64,000 nt of DNA, taken from the IMG/VR virus record IMGVR_UViG_3300004369_000008, positions 9,987-73,986 of that record; one strand, 5' to 3'. Made by a program: the position numbers and the translations under genes. The stretch's first letter is position 1. Every line of letters begins with the position of its first letter. This document shows, in pieces, positions 1 to 9,772 of this stretch. The notes under the pieces were generated by a model. The model ran no database searches and was not told the origin of the DNA. It saw only the letters and a program-made list of their open reading frames with translations. This stretch comes from a virus.

Positions 1-1
1 T

Positions 2-610
2 GGTTCTTTAAGGCAAACTCTCGAAATAGCCCTTGATGAAGGGGATGAAGAAGATGTCGTTTATTTCTGTGAGGATGACTACCTCCATCTTGGCAGTGCG
101 TCATTCATTCTCAAAGAGGGTGTTACAATCTCAGATTATGTAACGCTCTACGATCACCCAGATAAATACACAAGAACCTATGGTGGTGGAGAAATTTCTC
201 GGGTGATGAGAACGAGATCATCTCACTGGAGATTCACACAAAGTACATGTATGACTTTTGGATGCAAAGTTAAAACCTTAAGAGAAGACAAGCTCATCTG
301 GGACAAATGGACTGAAGGAGACCACCCACACGACCATAAAGTTTTCACAGAGCTTGGTGAGAAGGGACGACGTTTGGCAGTATCTATTCCGGGTGCTGCT
401 TGTCACACCGATCTCACATTCTCAGGTGCAGTCAACAATGTGATGATTGACACATGGGCTATTGATCTCATGATCGAGCAACTTGAATACAACCTCGGAG
501 AAAAAGGTGAGATGTATCAATTGTTGGTTGGCAACAAAATCGGTTGGAACAAGCTGGTTGCTTTAGATGCTCTGTTATTTGATAAACGAGAAAGGCGAAC
601 TGAGAATTAA
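2..610 (+). CDS. Glycosyltransferase-like protein (5' end outside window)
   Basis: Frame open from nt 2; contains VVYFCEDDYLH (DxD-like GT-A motif) and YVTLYDHPDKY upstream of the track ORF 203..610. Confidence 0.6.
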   Translation, partial: GSLRQTLEIALDEGDEEDVVYFCEDDYLHLGSASFILKEGVTISDYVTLYDHPDKYTRTYGGGEISRVMRTRSSHWRFTQSTCMTFGCKVKTLREDKLIWDKWTEGDHPHDHKVFTELGEKGRRLAVSIPGAACHTDLTFSGAVNNVMIDTWAIDLMIEQLEYNLGEKGEMYQLLVGNKIGWNKLVALDALLFDKRERRTEN

Positions 611-627
611 CTCAGTTCGCCTTTCTC
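588..627. terminator. Perfect 17-bp inverted repeat between convergent genes
   Basis: GAGAAAGGCGAACTGAG-aattaa-CTCAGTTCGCCTTTCTC. Confidence 0.7.
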
Positions 628-646
628 TTCGTCGTGCCCATCAATG

Positions 647-958
647 TTAATTGGTGGGTGTGGCTGTCGTCTTTTTGGAAGACGTTTTGGTTGCGGTTGC
701 AGCCTTGGTCGTCTTGTTCTTGACGGACTTCTTTGCTGCTTTCCTCTGTGGTTCCGAGAACTCGACATCGAGTTTCAATCTTTGTCCCAATGCTCGTGCC
801 ACGCTGCTTAGCGAGCCACGGGTTGGGAAAGATGTGGAACCATCCTTCTTTGCCAGACGAGTAGCGTTCGTGCCGGGAACGGTCACACGACCCTCCCAAT
901 TCGCTTCGCCAGTCTTGCTGGTCTTTTGCCTTACTTCAACTGTTAGTTGCTTGCTCAT
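647..958 (-). CDS. Small basic protein with Lys/Ala/Thr-rich histone-H1-like tail
   Basis: 103 aa; C-terminus KAAKKSVKNKTTKAATATKTSSKK; AGGAG RBS; TTGACG-N17-TACAAA upstream. Confidence 0.65.
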   Translation of the reverse strand: MSKQLTVEVRQKTSKTGEANWEGRVTVPGTNATRLAKKDGSTSFPTRGSLSSVARALGQRLKLDVEFSEPQRKAAKKSVKNKTTKAATATKTSSKKTTATPTN

Positions 959-1047
959 TGTTCAACTCCTTTTGTTAGTGAATCGAGCTTCCTGCATCGA
1001 TAATCGCAGCGTTCCTTTGTAATCGTTCGGAATTTTTACGTCAACCC

Positions 1048-1743
1048 CTATTTCAACAAAAGTTTTGGCTGGATGAAAGTTCTGGTCTTCTCAAAGAAGT
1101 CCACTTGATCCTTTTGCCAGTGATGACACATGGTCGGTATCAACATCCTCTTATCTTTCGGTCGTTGCCTCTTTTCATAAAAAGCGTCAAGTGCCTTAGT
1201 GTATTTGCCCCAATACTCATCTTTAGCATGAGTGGTGAGAAACTTGTCAACTTCGAACACATCGAAGATGGAGTGAATCACAGACTTCACTTCTTTGAAT
1301 GGCGCTTTTCTATTGTGGTTGCCAATCTTGTTGAAGTCTGCAAACCACAAGAATGTATGTGGATCATAGATGAGAACTGGGCTGGATAAACCAGCATAAG
1401 CGTGTTGGTGAACATAGTCTTTGATCTGTGTGAACCACAGTTTTTTGACAGCTTGTTGATCGATATAAAACTTGTAATAGTAGTAACCGATGATCCCACG
1501 GAAAGAAAACGTCAAGATATTCTTGCTTGTCTTGTGATGGAAGTTGTTCCTTAAGCAAAAGGGACAGTAGAATTTTCCGCCACCAATTTTAATACAAGAA
1601 CTGAAGTTACCTGAGTCTATTTGAACGAGTTTCTCACAAAATTGACAATTCTTGAAGAAAGTGTCAGAAAGTTGCTTGCCTTCGCAACTTTGGACTTTTG
1701 TGAGTTTCACTTCCTTTACTTGCATTTCCAGCATCCTCTTCAT
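1048..1743 (-). CDS. Hypothetical protein with Cys pairs (possible Zn binding)
   Basis: CQFC...CPFC motifs; 231 aa. Confidence 0.6.
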   Translation of the reverse strand: MKRMLEMQVKEVKLTKVQSCEGKQLSDTFFKNCQFCEKLVQIDSGNFSSCIKIGGGKFYCPFCLRNNFHHKTSKNILTFSFRGIIGYYYYKFYIDQQAVKKLWFTQIKDYVHQHAYAGLSSPVLIYDPHTFLWFADFNKIGNHNRKAPFKEVKSVIHSIFDVFEVDKFLTTHAKDEYWGKYTKALDAFYEKRQRPKDKRMLIPTMCHHWQKDQVDFFEKTRTFIQPKLLLK

Positions 1744-1828
1744 TTATTCTAATAGCATGGGAGAAAAAAATCAATCCATGACCTATATACTTCACAGGTT
1801 AGGCATAGCCAAATTGTGAGGGAATATC

Positions 1829-2053
1829 ATGGTTACAGATTTTATCAAGTGGTGCAACGGCAATAGTCTTCCGCTTCCAAGCGTGTCTGAAAACACGAAA
1901 CGTGCCGGTTTGAGTCAAGAGTATCCTTCGGGATACGTTCGCAGTCAGTATCCTGATGCGTACTTTGCTCCAGTCGTCGCTACATCCTACCTCGATCTTA
2001 AGAATGCAAAAAAGGTCAAGGATAGGAAGGATGCAGGCAACACGCCGCTCTAA
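1829..2053 (+). CDS. Small hypothetical (possible head-associated) protein
   Basis: GAGGG RBS; CTATATA upstream; followed by terminator hairpin. Confidence 0.6.
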   Translation: MVTDFIKWCNGNSLPLPSVSENTKRAGLSQEYPSGYVRSQYPDAYFAPVVATSYLDLKNAKKVKDRKDAGNTPL

Positions 2054-2075
2054 TTCTCCTCCGAGAATACACACA

Positions 2076-2113
2076 AAAGCCCCCGTCGCCCTTCTTTGGG
2101 TTACGGGGGCTTT
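2076..2113. terminator. Bidirectional terminator hairpin
   Basis: AAAGCCCCCGT...ACGGGGGCTTT between convergent ORFs. Confidence 0.65.
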
Positions 2114-2122
2114 GCGTTTCGT

Positions 2123-2599
2123 TCATACATCCAAAGCCCAATCTTTAGATGTGCATTCACTGCATCCATCATTCGGGCCACAAGTGCATTTCTTCATTTG
2201 GTGCAAATCGGCAATTGCTGATTCTGCCTCATCATCTGAATATCCAGACAGATCAAGAAAATGAACATCAGCACCTAGATGTTTTCCGATGCGGTTGTCT
2301 TTGTCTTTTGTTGACAGGTCTCTGTTGTCATTTTTGAGCATGTCTGGGACACGTTCCCAGTAACCCCAATGGGCATCGTTCTTTGGATGTGGGAAGATGA
2401 GGGGTGGAGTGCAGTTTACATACTTGTCAATGATCTCTTCGACAGTCTCTTGGGGAAGCCCTGATGCTTTAACAATTGCGCCTGTACTTCTCCAGTCATA
2501 TTTGGGATGGCGTGCCAAAGCTTTGAAGAATTTTGATTCAACATCTCCACGCTTTGTTCCATGAGGATACACCTCTGTCCATTTCTTGGGCTTGTTCAT
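2123..2599 (-). CDS. Hypothetical protein
   Basis: 158 aa; GGAGG RBS. Confidence 0.7.
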   Translation of the reverse strand: MNKPKKWTEVYPHGTKRGDVESKFFKALARHPKYDWRSTGAIVKASGLPQETVEEIIDKYVNCTPPLIFPHPKNDAHWGYWERVPDMLKNDNRDLSTKDKDNRIGKHLGADVHFLDLSGYSDDEAESAIADLHQMKKCTCGPNDGCSECTSKDWALDV

Positions 2600-2674
2600 T
2601 TTTGTCCTCCGAAATTTAATAGCCGGGCCACTATTATACAGAGGTAGTTTAGTTAAGTCAAAGGGAGAAATCCA

Positions 2675-3160
2675 ATGAAATATCGTAAGTTAAACAAATA
2701 CGAAGCAAAAGAAGAGAAAGGGCGGCACCTCGCAGAAGTGATGGGTGGTAGCGGTCTGTATCTCTACAGAAACAGCACTGACTCAGATATGACTCTTCCA
2801 CGTCCAACGAAGAGTGGTTTAAGAGCAGTGGGTCCGAAAGGAACGTTTCAAGGTGACAACTATTACATGCAGATGGTGCGAAGCGGTTTGCTCCGTCTTG
2901 TAGAAGTATTGCAGACACCTGAACAACAAGCTGCTGTGGCAAGAGCCGAAGCAGCACAACTCAACGAGGGTAACATTATGACTGAAGACAGATTGATTCT
3001 CGACCAGCCGGATATGATTACAGAACACGGCAAAGTCGAACATGTTGTCGGCACATCTCCTCAACAGAAATTGAACGAGAAGTGCGGCGAACAGGGCGAA
3101 GATGTCCTTCTGAATGAAGGTCCATGCGACGACGGATTCGTCATCATCGATGACAAGTAA
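2675..3160 (+). CDS. Hypothetical protein (three LNE motifs)
   Basis: 161 aa; GGGAG RBS. Confidence 0.7.
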   Translation: MKYRKLNKYEAKEEKGRHLAEVMGGSGLYLYRNSTDSDMTLPRPTKSGLRAVGPKGTFQGDNYYMQMVRSGLLRLVEVLQTPEQQAAVARAEAAQLNEGNIMTEDRLILDQPDMITEHGKVEHVVGTSPQQKLNEKCGEQGEDVLLNEGPCDDGFVIIDDK

Positions 3161-3199
3161 CAAGTTCGTGGTTTTTTGAGAAATTTCTCACCCAGTCGC

Positions 3200-3228
3200 T
3201 TTACAATCCAAAAATTGCACCGTAAAAT
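3200..3228 (+). promoter_or_regulatory. Sigma70-like early promoter
   Basis: TTTACA-N17-TAAAAT; same motif recurs at 8790, 12580 and 47244. Confidence 0.7.
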
Positions 3229-3281
3229 ACTCCCATGCGTAGAGGTTTCCAAACCATCAAACACATGGGAGTATTTTCGTC

Positions 3282-4583
3282 ATGGCAACTGCCAAGCGAC
3301 CGAAGCTGCCTTCTCACCAGAAGAACGATGATGGGATGACTGATCCATACATCGTCTTCACGCTTGTTCGTCAGAATTCCCAACGTACCAATGATGAAAC
3401 TGTTGGCCGTCAGGTCGATGAGATCATGAGTGGTACGTTGGCAGGCGACCGTGCCATGTGGGAAGTCGATGATATCGAGAAGCACGCTCCCACGCAACAA
3501 GGCGAATACTGGTACTTCCGGTACGTCGTGACCATCACTCGAAAGAAGGGCCGCAAGCAGAACAATGCTCTCTCCTTGTCGAGTGAGAAGCATCATATCA
3601 TGGACGTGTTGAAGCAGAAGTGCGGCGTCTCCAAATTCGGCAAGTATCCGTGGGAAGTCACGGATCATGCTGTCTCATGGGAAGAGACACCTAACATCAC
3701 TGGCGACAGCATCGAAGAATTCTCCATCAACGATGTCGTTGACTTCAACCAAGCTAAGACTTGGGATGACATCGAAATCCCCGAAGTGCTGCTCAAGGGC
3801 ACAGATTCCGAAATCGAACGCCACCCGGCCTTCAAGGGTATCTTCGGTCGTGCTGCGCATATCCGTGTTATCTTCTCATCAATCAAGACGATGGTAGATA
3901 CGAAGGGAATGCGCCGCAATCACTGTCTTCTCTGGGGATTGCCTGCATGTGCGAAGTCTCATCTCATGCTTGGCGTACAAGAAGTGCTGGGAAAGGGCGG
4001 ATACCTCGCCATCAATGGCAACTCCGCTACCAAGGCTGGCATCGAGCGAATCTTCCTTGATCGACTGAAGCAGACAGGGACTCCCCCGGTTGTGTTCATC
4101 GAAGAGATCGAGAAGACCCTCGAAGCCATTCTTACTGTCTGGCTTTCCATCCTCGATGATCGGGCTGAAGTCCGCAAGATCACTCACCACGATCAGCACA
4201 AAGCTGAGGCTCGTGTGCTGGTGATTGGTACGGCCAATGACAAGGTTCTGTTCGACCGGCTCATGGGTGGTCGTCCCCGTCATCCCGGTGCAATCTCCAG
4301 TCGCTTCACCAAGAAACTGTATGTTCCTCGTCCTGACGAGCAGATCATGCGGAAGATTCTGTCTCGGGACATCAAGTTATACGGAGGCGATATGGTGTGG
4401 GTTGATTCCTGCATCGATATCATGCGAGAACTGGGCACGAACGACCCTCGTACTGTGCTGTCGCTTCTGGATGGTCAGGATCGTCTCTTGACTGGAGAGT
4501 ACAAGAAGGATATCCTTGCAATACATCAATTGGAGCAGACAGATCGTGCTGCTGACGAAGAAGAATTTGAAGTCCCTGAATAA
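3282..4583 (+). CDS. AAA+ ATPase with uncharacterised N-terminal domain
   Basis: Walker A-like GLPACAKS, Walker B VFIEE, sensor GTAN, Arg finger ISSRF. Confidence 0.8.
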   Translation: MATAKRPKLPSHQKNDDGMTDPYIVFTLVRQNSQRTNDETVGRQVDEIMSGTLAGDRAMWEVDDIEKHAPTQQGEYWYFRYVVTITRKKGRKQNNALSLSSEKHHIMDVLKQKCGVSKFGKYPWEVTDHAVSWEETPNITGDSIEEFSINDVVDFNQAKTWDDIEIPEVLLKGTDSEIERHPAFKGIFGRAAHIRVIFSSIKTMVDTKGMRRNHCLLWGLPACAKSHLMLGVQEVLGKGGYLAINGNSATKAGIERIFLDRLKQTGTPPVVFIEEIEKTLEAILTVWLSILDDRAEVRKITHHDQHKAEARVLVIGTANDKVLFDRLMGGRPRHPGAISSRFTKKLYVPRPDEQIMRKILSRDIKLYGGDMVWVDSCIDIMRELGTNDPRTVLSLLDGQDRLLTGEYKKDILAIHQLEQTDRAADEEEFEVPE

Positions 4584-4597
4584 CACGGAGGAACATC

Positions 4598-5113
4598 ATG
4601 TCATACGCAGTCGTTGAAAACGGCGCTTGTCTTCATATCAGTGAAGATGCGGCCTCAGCGGTTAAAACTTTCGAGTCGAAACCCAATTCCAAGTTAGTAC
4701 GAGTTGCCAACTTGGAAGAACTCCAAGTTGCAGTCGAAGCAAGCAAGAACGTCGAATCGTGCAATGTCGAAGACGATGACATCTCCAATGTTCTTCGTCA
4801 ACTCCTCGACAAACTGGACGAAAATGGTATCAATGCTGAGAACGCCGAAGAGCTTCGCAAGAAACTCCAGTCCGGTGGGGAACAGCTTGTCGCTGAAGTG
4901 AGAAGTCTCGGAATCCGTGGAATGCGTGTTGTTGGGGATGGTCTGGCGGCACTTGGAGACTTTATGCGAATCGCCTCGGAAGAGAACGACGTGCAGGCAC
5001 AATCAACTGACGAGGGTAGCTGCTGGGTTCCACGTCGCCCGTGTGTGACCGGGGGGCCGGATGACTGCTGTGGTGGTAGCAACTCGTGTGAACACAAACA
5101 CAAACAAGAATAG
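4598..5113 (+). CDS. Hypothetical protein with Cys-rich C-terminus
   Basis: 171 aa; GGAGG RBS. Confidence 0.7.
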   Translation: MSYAVVENGACLHISEDAASAVKTFESKPNSKLVRVANLEELQVAVEASKNVESCNVEDDDISNVLRQLLDKLDENGINAENAEELRKKLQSGGEQLVAEVRSLGIRGMRVVGDGLAALGDFMRIASEENDVQAQSTDEGSCWVPRRPCVTGGPDDCCGGSNSCEHKHKQE

Positions 5114-5188
5114 GGGCTTTGGCCCTCTAAGTTAATCGTCCTCATGGATTGAGGGTGATACAATTTTTGCAAGGAAGCGAGGACAAGG

Positions 5189-6331
5189 ATGTCCAGTCTA
5201 ATCGTAGAAGTATGCGCAGTAGAAGAAGTTGCGCCTCATTCAAATGCTGATCGCCTAGAGCGAGTCCGAGTTAAAGGCTGGTGGTGCATTGCGCCAATTG
5301 GCCAACTCCATGTTGGGGACAAGTGCGTCTATATCCCACCTGATGCTGTTCTCTCCGAAGAACTGGCAGACAGGTGGGGCATCTCCAAATACTGTGGTGA
5401 ACTCGCCAAGCTGCCCAATGGCGAACGACCACCGGGCAAACGTGTCCGTGCTTGTCGTTTTCGGGGCGAAAGTTCGTTTGGTACATTGCAACCTCTCGAC
5501 GACCCAACATGGGAAGTTGGCAGGGATGTCCGAGAACATTTCGGCATCACCAAGTACGAACCACCTATCAAATCCAACGAAGGCGACTCTGCGCCAGAAA
5601 TTCCTGAATTTCATCGATACACAGGCATTGAGAATCTCGCCAACTTTCCTACCATTTTTTCAGAAGGAGAGGAAGTTGTTGTCACAGAAAAGATTCACGG
5701 AACGAACTGCCGCATTGGTCTGGCCTTTATTCCAGATCGAGACGGACATCGTGCATGGGCTTTTGTAGCTGGCTCTCATAGCATTCGTCGTTACGAATAC
5801 AGTCAATCAGAATCAGGGAAACGACATAGAAGTCGTTACTGGTTTCCATTGCCCGAAGGCGAGGACAAATATGATTCACCACTCGCCAATCTCATCGAAG
5901 ACGTTTTGTTTAACGAAAAAGCAGAAAGCTCTGTCATTGTCTTCGGCGAAATCTTCGGTGCTGGTGTTCAAGATATGCAGTATGGACAGAAAGGTATGTC
6001 CTTCCGTATCTTCGATATTAGTGTCGATGGAAAATACATTGACCCAGATTCACTTCTGAAATACTGTGAGCGGTTTGAGGTCGAAACTGTGCCTGCACTT
6101 TACCGTGGTCCTTTCTCATTGGCTAAGATGGACGAACTGGTTGATGGACCTACTACAATCTGCGATCCGAGTGAGATCAAAGAACCGTTCAAAGGAAGAG
6201 AAGGAATCGTAATACGTCCAGTCAATGAAAGGTACAACTTTGACTTGGGCGGTGATGGCCGGGTAATCCTCAAATACATCAGTGCGGACTACCATGAGCG
6301 CCGTAACAAAAATTGTACCGAAGACCATTAA
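5189..6331 (+). CDS. RNA ligase, DRB0094/Rnl2-like, with N-terminal OB (tRNA-binding-like) domain
   Basis: PHSNADRLE N-terminus; motif I EKIHGTN; FGEIFG; FDI; REGIVI; ILK. Confidence 0.9.
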   Translation: MSSLIVEVCAVEEVAPHSNADRLERVRVKGWWCIAPIGQLHVGDKCVYIPPDAVLSEELADRWGISKYCGELAKLPNGERPPGKRVRACRFRGESSFGTLQPLDDPTWEVGRDVREHFGITKYEPPIKSNEGDSAPEIPEFHRYTGIENLANFPTIFSEGEEVVVTEKIHGTNCRIGLAFIPDRDGHRAWAFVAGSHSIRRYEYSQSESGKRHRSRYWFPLPEGEDKYDSPLANLIEDVLFNEKAESSVIVFGEIFGAGVQDMQYGQKGMSFRIFDISVDGKYIDPDSLLKYCERFEVETVPALYRGPFSLAKMDELVDGPTTICDPSEIKEPFKGREGIVIRPVNERYNFDLGGDGRVILKYISADYHERRNKNCTEDH

Positions 6332-6340
6332 GGAGAAGAA

Positions 6341-6796
6341 ATGATTTGGGTAATCCTCACGCTATCAGCAATTGTGGCCATAGTTTTGGTCATTGTATTG
6401 GGATCAAGAAACACCTGTGAAGAGTGTTGTGACGAAGGAGGTTGCACACCACCCCTAGTGATATTTGATCCAACGCCATCTCCAGAAGTTCCTGATCCAG
6501 TGATCGTAGAACTGCCACCAGAACCAGTGGAGCCGGTAGAAGAACCAGAGCCGGTAGAAGAACTACCAGAGCCAGAATCAGTGGAGACAGTAGAAGAACC
6601 TCCGTCTCCACCAGAATTGCCAGAGCCAGTTGTTGAAGAAATAACTGATGTTCCGGCAGAAGTTGACGAAGACGCCTTCAAAAACTTTCCAGTTCCCGAC
6701 CCGGAGCCGGATCGATTTGGTGGCGGTGGTGATTCTTTCGGAGGAGATAGTTCCGACAGTGGTGGGAGCGACTTCGGAAGCGGATTAGATGACTAA
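6341..6796 (+). CDS. Membrane-anchored Pro/Glu-rich protein
   Basis: N-terminal TM helix, PEPVE repeats, GGGGDSFGG tail. Confidence 0.7.
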   Translation: MIWVILTLSAIVAIVLVIVLGSRNTCEECCDEGGCTPPLVIFDPTPSPEVPDPVIVELPPEPVEPVEEPEPVEELPEPESVETVEEPPSPPELPEPVVEEITDVPAEVDEDAFKNFPVPDPEPDRFGGGGDSFGGDSSDSGGSDFGSGLDD

Positions 6797-8006
6797 GGAC
6801 ACAATGATGAAGAACATGATGTTTGCCATAGTGATGTTGTTCGCTGCAACCCCTGCGTTCGCACAGATCAGCGACACTCAAAAATTGAACGAGCTTGTCT
6901 TGATTCGAGAGAATATCGAGATGATGGACACGCTCAACGCCCGAGGGATCACAATTGATCCATCTGAGATCAAAGAACAACTTGTCACGGCAGGTAAGCT
7001 ACTGGACAAGGATGGACCGATTACCTATGAAGAATTGAAAGCAGCCACGGGGTCTTTGACACCACCGCCAACACCGTGGAAGAAGTTCACAGGCTTCTTC
7101 TCTTTCGTCAATATCGTAATGATATTAGCTGCTCTCATGCTCACACTTGCTATTGTGTGGCTATTCGGTTTCTATTTCCTTGGATTGATTCTCGTTGTAC
7201 CGCCGAAAGTATGGGAGGTCATTTCCTACATCGGATGTTTTGGTCTGATTGCATTTGGGTCAAAAGCTGAACCAGACTTGCAGATGCTATGGGTTCTCCC
7301 CGGATGTTTTGGATTGATCGGCGCACTTACGCTCAACAAATTCAATTGGTGGCGTGGAGAAAGAGGCAGATACAGCCGATATAGGTACGAGGAATACTTC
7401 ACTCACTTTGCAACATTTGTATTGGCTGTCGCTTGGGGAATCACAGCCGTTTACTTTCAAAGTCAAATTGTTGGGTTTATGGCAGTTGGAGCAACTCTTA
7501 GTTTCCTTGGGTTCATGTGTGGTGTCATTCCCGGCGTTGTGTACATTGGATTCACAGATGATGCAGTAGTTCTCAGATCAACCTTTGCTGCATTTTGTAT
7601 GGGGGCAATCTACACAGCCATGCACGCAACCGGAAAATCAAATGCTGTTTTTGAAACATTCAGCGTGGGTCTCTCTTGGTGGGGATTCTTTGTCTTCTAT
7701 CTTGGAATGCTCATCATGTCGAGCAAATGGTACAGCTATGATGGTCTTGGAAAGTACCTCTTGATGCAGATTCTCACCATCGTTGCTGGTGCAGCCGCAT
7801 TGTATCTAGGGAATGTCTACCAAATTGGTTTGCTGGCTGGTATTGGCGGAACATTCTTCGGCCTTTACTTAATCGAGAAATGGTATGAAGTTCCATGGAA
7901 AGGCGCTGGTTGGGCTTGGTCACTACTGGGCCTGTCCGTGTTCCTCTACTATTTTGTAGGATTCGCCAAGCTGCATCCAGAATACTTTCTGTTTGTGGTA
8001 AACTAA
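6789..8006 (+). CDS. Polytopic membrane protein with signal peptide
   Basis: AxA signal (ATPAFA) followed by about 10 hydrophobic segments. Confidence 0.8.
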   Translation: MTKDTMMKNMMFAIVMLFAATPAFAQISDTQKLNELVLIRENIEMMDTLNARGITIDPSEIKEQLVTAGKLLDKDGPITYEELKAATGSLTPPPTPWKKFTGFFSFVNIVMILAALMLTLAIVWLFGFYFLGLILVVPPKVWEVISYIGCFGLIAFGSKAEPDLQMLWVLPGCFGLIGALTLNKFNWWRGERGRYSRYRYEEYFTHFATFVLAVAWGITAVYFQSQIVGFMAVGATLSFLGFMCGVIPGVVYIGFTDDAVVLRSTFAAFCMGAIYTAMHATGKSNAVFETFSVGLSWWGFFVFYLGMLIMSSKWYSYDGLGKYLLMQILTIVAGAAALYLGNVYQIGLLAGIGGTFFGLYLIEKWYEVPWKGAGWAWSLLGLSVFLYYFVGFAKLHPEYFLFVVN

Positions 8007-8058
8007 ACGAACCAAAGGGACACTCCATGTGTCCCTTGTTTTCATGGAGGAATAGGAA

Positions 8059-8136
8059 ATGGATAAAACAGCCCTTGGAGACCGCATGAAGTGGTTCTTC
8101 GGAGAAGACCCGGTGTTGAAAGAAGACGACGAGTAA
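8059..8136 (+). pseudogene. 25-aa ORF resembling the N-terminus of Thg1-like proteins
   Basis: MDKTALGDRMKWFF...; GGAGG upstream; LGDRMK resembles Thg1-like N-termini. Confidence 0.3.
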
Positions 8137-8186
8137 CCTAAAATGCCACATCCTTGCGAATGTGGCATTTTTTTTGGAGTCTAGGG

Positions 8187-8768
8187 ATGCGTCAATCAGA
8201 AGCACTACAAATTTTGGAACAGAAAATTTCCAAATGCACACTTTGTGCAGACCTGTCTCAATATCGATCTGACAATGAGTACCTGACTGTTCCCGGTGAG
8301 GGACGACCCAACGCCCAAGTTATGATCGTTGGAGAAGCTCCCGGTCAAAATGAGGCCAAACAAGGTAGTCCATTTGTAGGGAAAGCTGGCAAGTTGTTAG
8401 ATGGTATCATTGAGGCATGTGGCTGGACTCGTTCAGAAGTATTTATCGCCAACATTCTGAAATGCCGACCGCCCGGAAATCGTGACCCGCTCCCTGAAGA
8501 AGCCACAAATTGCCGTACTTATCTAAACATGCAAATCAAGATCATCAATCCTAAATGGATACTTTGCTTCGGCAAGGTGGCATCGATCAATCTTCTGGGA
8601 AGAACCCCAGATACGCCCATGAGAGCCTTGAGAGGTGATGTTTACGAACACGAAGGTCGAAAGGTGATTTGCACTTATCATCCTTCATATCTGCTGAGAA
8701 ATCCTGCTGCCAAGAAAGATGTGTGGGAGGATTTACAGCCTTGTCTTCGGGATTTGTCCTCCAAGTGA
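8187..8768 (+). CDS. Uracil-DNA glycosylase family 4 (Fe-S)
   Basis: CTLC, VGEAPG, PFVGKAG, KCRPPGNRDP, TYHPS motifs. Confidence 0.92.
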   Translation: MRQSEALQILEQKISKCTLCADLSQYRSDNEYLTVPGEGRPNAQVMIVGEAPGQNEAKQGSPFVGKAGKLLDGIIEACGWTRSEVFIANILKCRPPGNRDPLPEEATNCRTYLNMQIKIINPKWILCFGKVASINLLGRTPDTPMRALRGDVYEHEGRKVICTYHPSYLLRNPAAKKDVWEDLQPCLRDLSSK

Positions 8769-8789
8769 CATATTTTTGATCCGATTTGC

Positions 8790-8817
8790 TTTACAGCCCA
8801 AAAGTCGTTCGTAAAAT
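8790..8817 (+). promoter_or_regulatory. Sigma70-like promoter upstream of NAD salvage cluster
   Basis: TTTACA-N16-TAAAAT with CCAAAA and CG conserved. Confidence 0.7.
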
Positions 8818-8868
8818 AGTTTCGTCAAGGGAATTTACCCAGAACGTCACAACAACAAGGACCAAATC

Positions 8869-9756
8869 ATGCGAATTGACCTGTTCATCGTTGACGGTCT
8901 CAATGATTTTTGTGCCACCGGCAATGAGTCGTGGAATCTTGAGAAGCGTCGTGGTGCATTATTCGTCGATAACGCCGACACAGAGGCTCAACTCTGTGCC
9001 GACATGATCGAACGACTTACACCCTCGGACCAACCATCAAAGCTCGCCAAAATTCACAAATTCTGCGACGAGCATCACAAGAACGACATCGCTCATCCGG
9101 GTTTCTGGAAAAAACCGGACGGCTCTCATCCCGGCCCATTCACTGGCCCTGTTACGCTCGCCGATGTGGAGAGCCATCGTCTGACTCCTGTTCTCGACGG
9201 TTGGCGACCACGAGTTCTGGCCTATATCAAGGCTCTGGATAAGCGAAGCCGCAATCCTCTCATCATCTGGCCGGAACACTGCCTGTTCAAGTCGTGGGGC
9301 GCTTGCGTCTACAAGCCCATCGCAGATGCTCTCAATCTGTGGTGTGAACGAACTGGCGGATGGGTCAACTTCATCGACAAAGGCCGTTTCCCGCTGACCG
9401 AACACTACGGCGGATTCGAGGCGGATGTGCCGGATGACGACCATCAGGACACCAAGTTCAATACAAAACTTGTGCCAGACTTGGAAGCCGCTGACAAGGT
9501 GGCGTGGATTGGTTGGGCTGGTTCGCACTGTCTTAAATGGACGGCAAGCGACGGGATCAACTACTTCACCGATCCCAACGATGGCTCAAATGCGCTCGTG
9601 AAGAAGTCCATCTTTTTCGAAGACGGTTCTGCCCCGGTCGTATCTCCTGATCCTCAGCAAACGGCCATGTTCGCCCAGTGGCGTCGGGACTTCCTCGACG
9701 AAATGGACAAACGTGGTGCTACGATCACGAAGACGACAGAGTTTCTCAAAGCATAA
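8869..9756 (+). CDS. Nicotinamidase-like cysteine hydrolase (PncA/isochorismatase family)
   Basis: VDGLNDF, DEH...IAHP, WPEHC, KG, GWAGSHC (D-K-C triad plus metal His). Confidence 0.85.
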   Translation: MRIDLFIVDGLNDFCATGNESWNLEKRRGALFVDNADTEAQLCADMIERLTPSDQPSKLAKIHKFCDEHHKNDIAHPGFWKKPDGSHPGPFTGPVTLADVESHRLTPVLDGWRPRVLAYIKALDKRSRNPLIIWPEHCLFKSWGACVYKPIADALNLWCERTGGWVNFIDKGRFPLTEHYGGFEADVPDDDHQDTKFNTKLVPDLEAADKVAWIGWAGSHCLKWTASDGINYFTDPNDGSNALVKKSIFFEDGSAPVVSPDPQQTAMFAQWRRDFLDEMDKRGATITKTTEFLKA

Positions 9757-9772
9757 GAGAAAGGACCGACTC

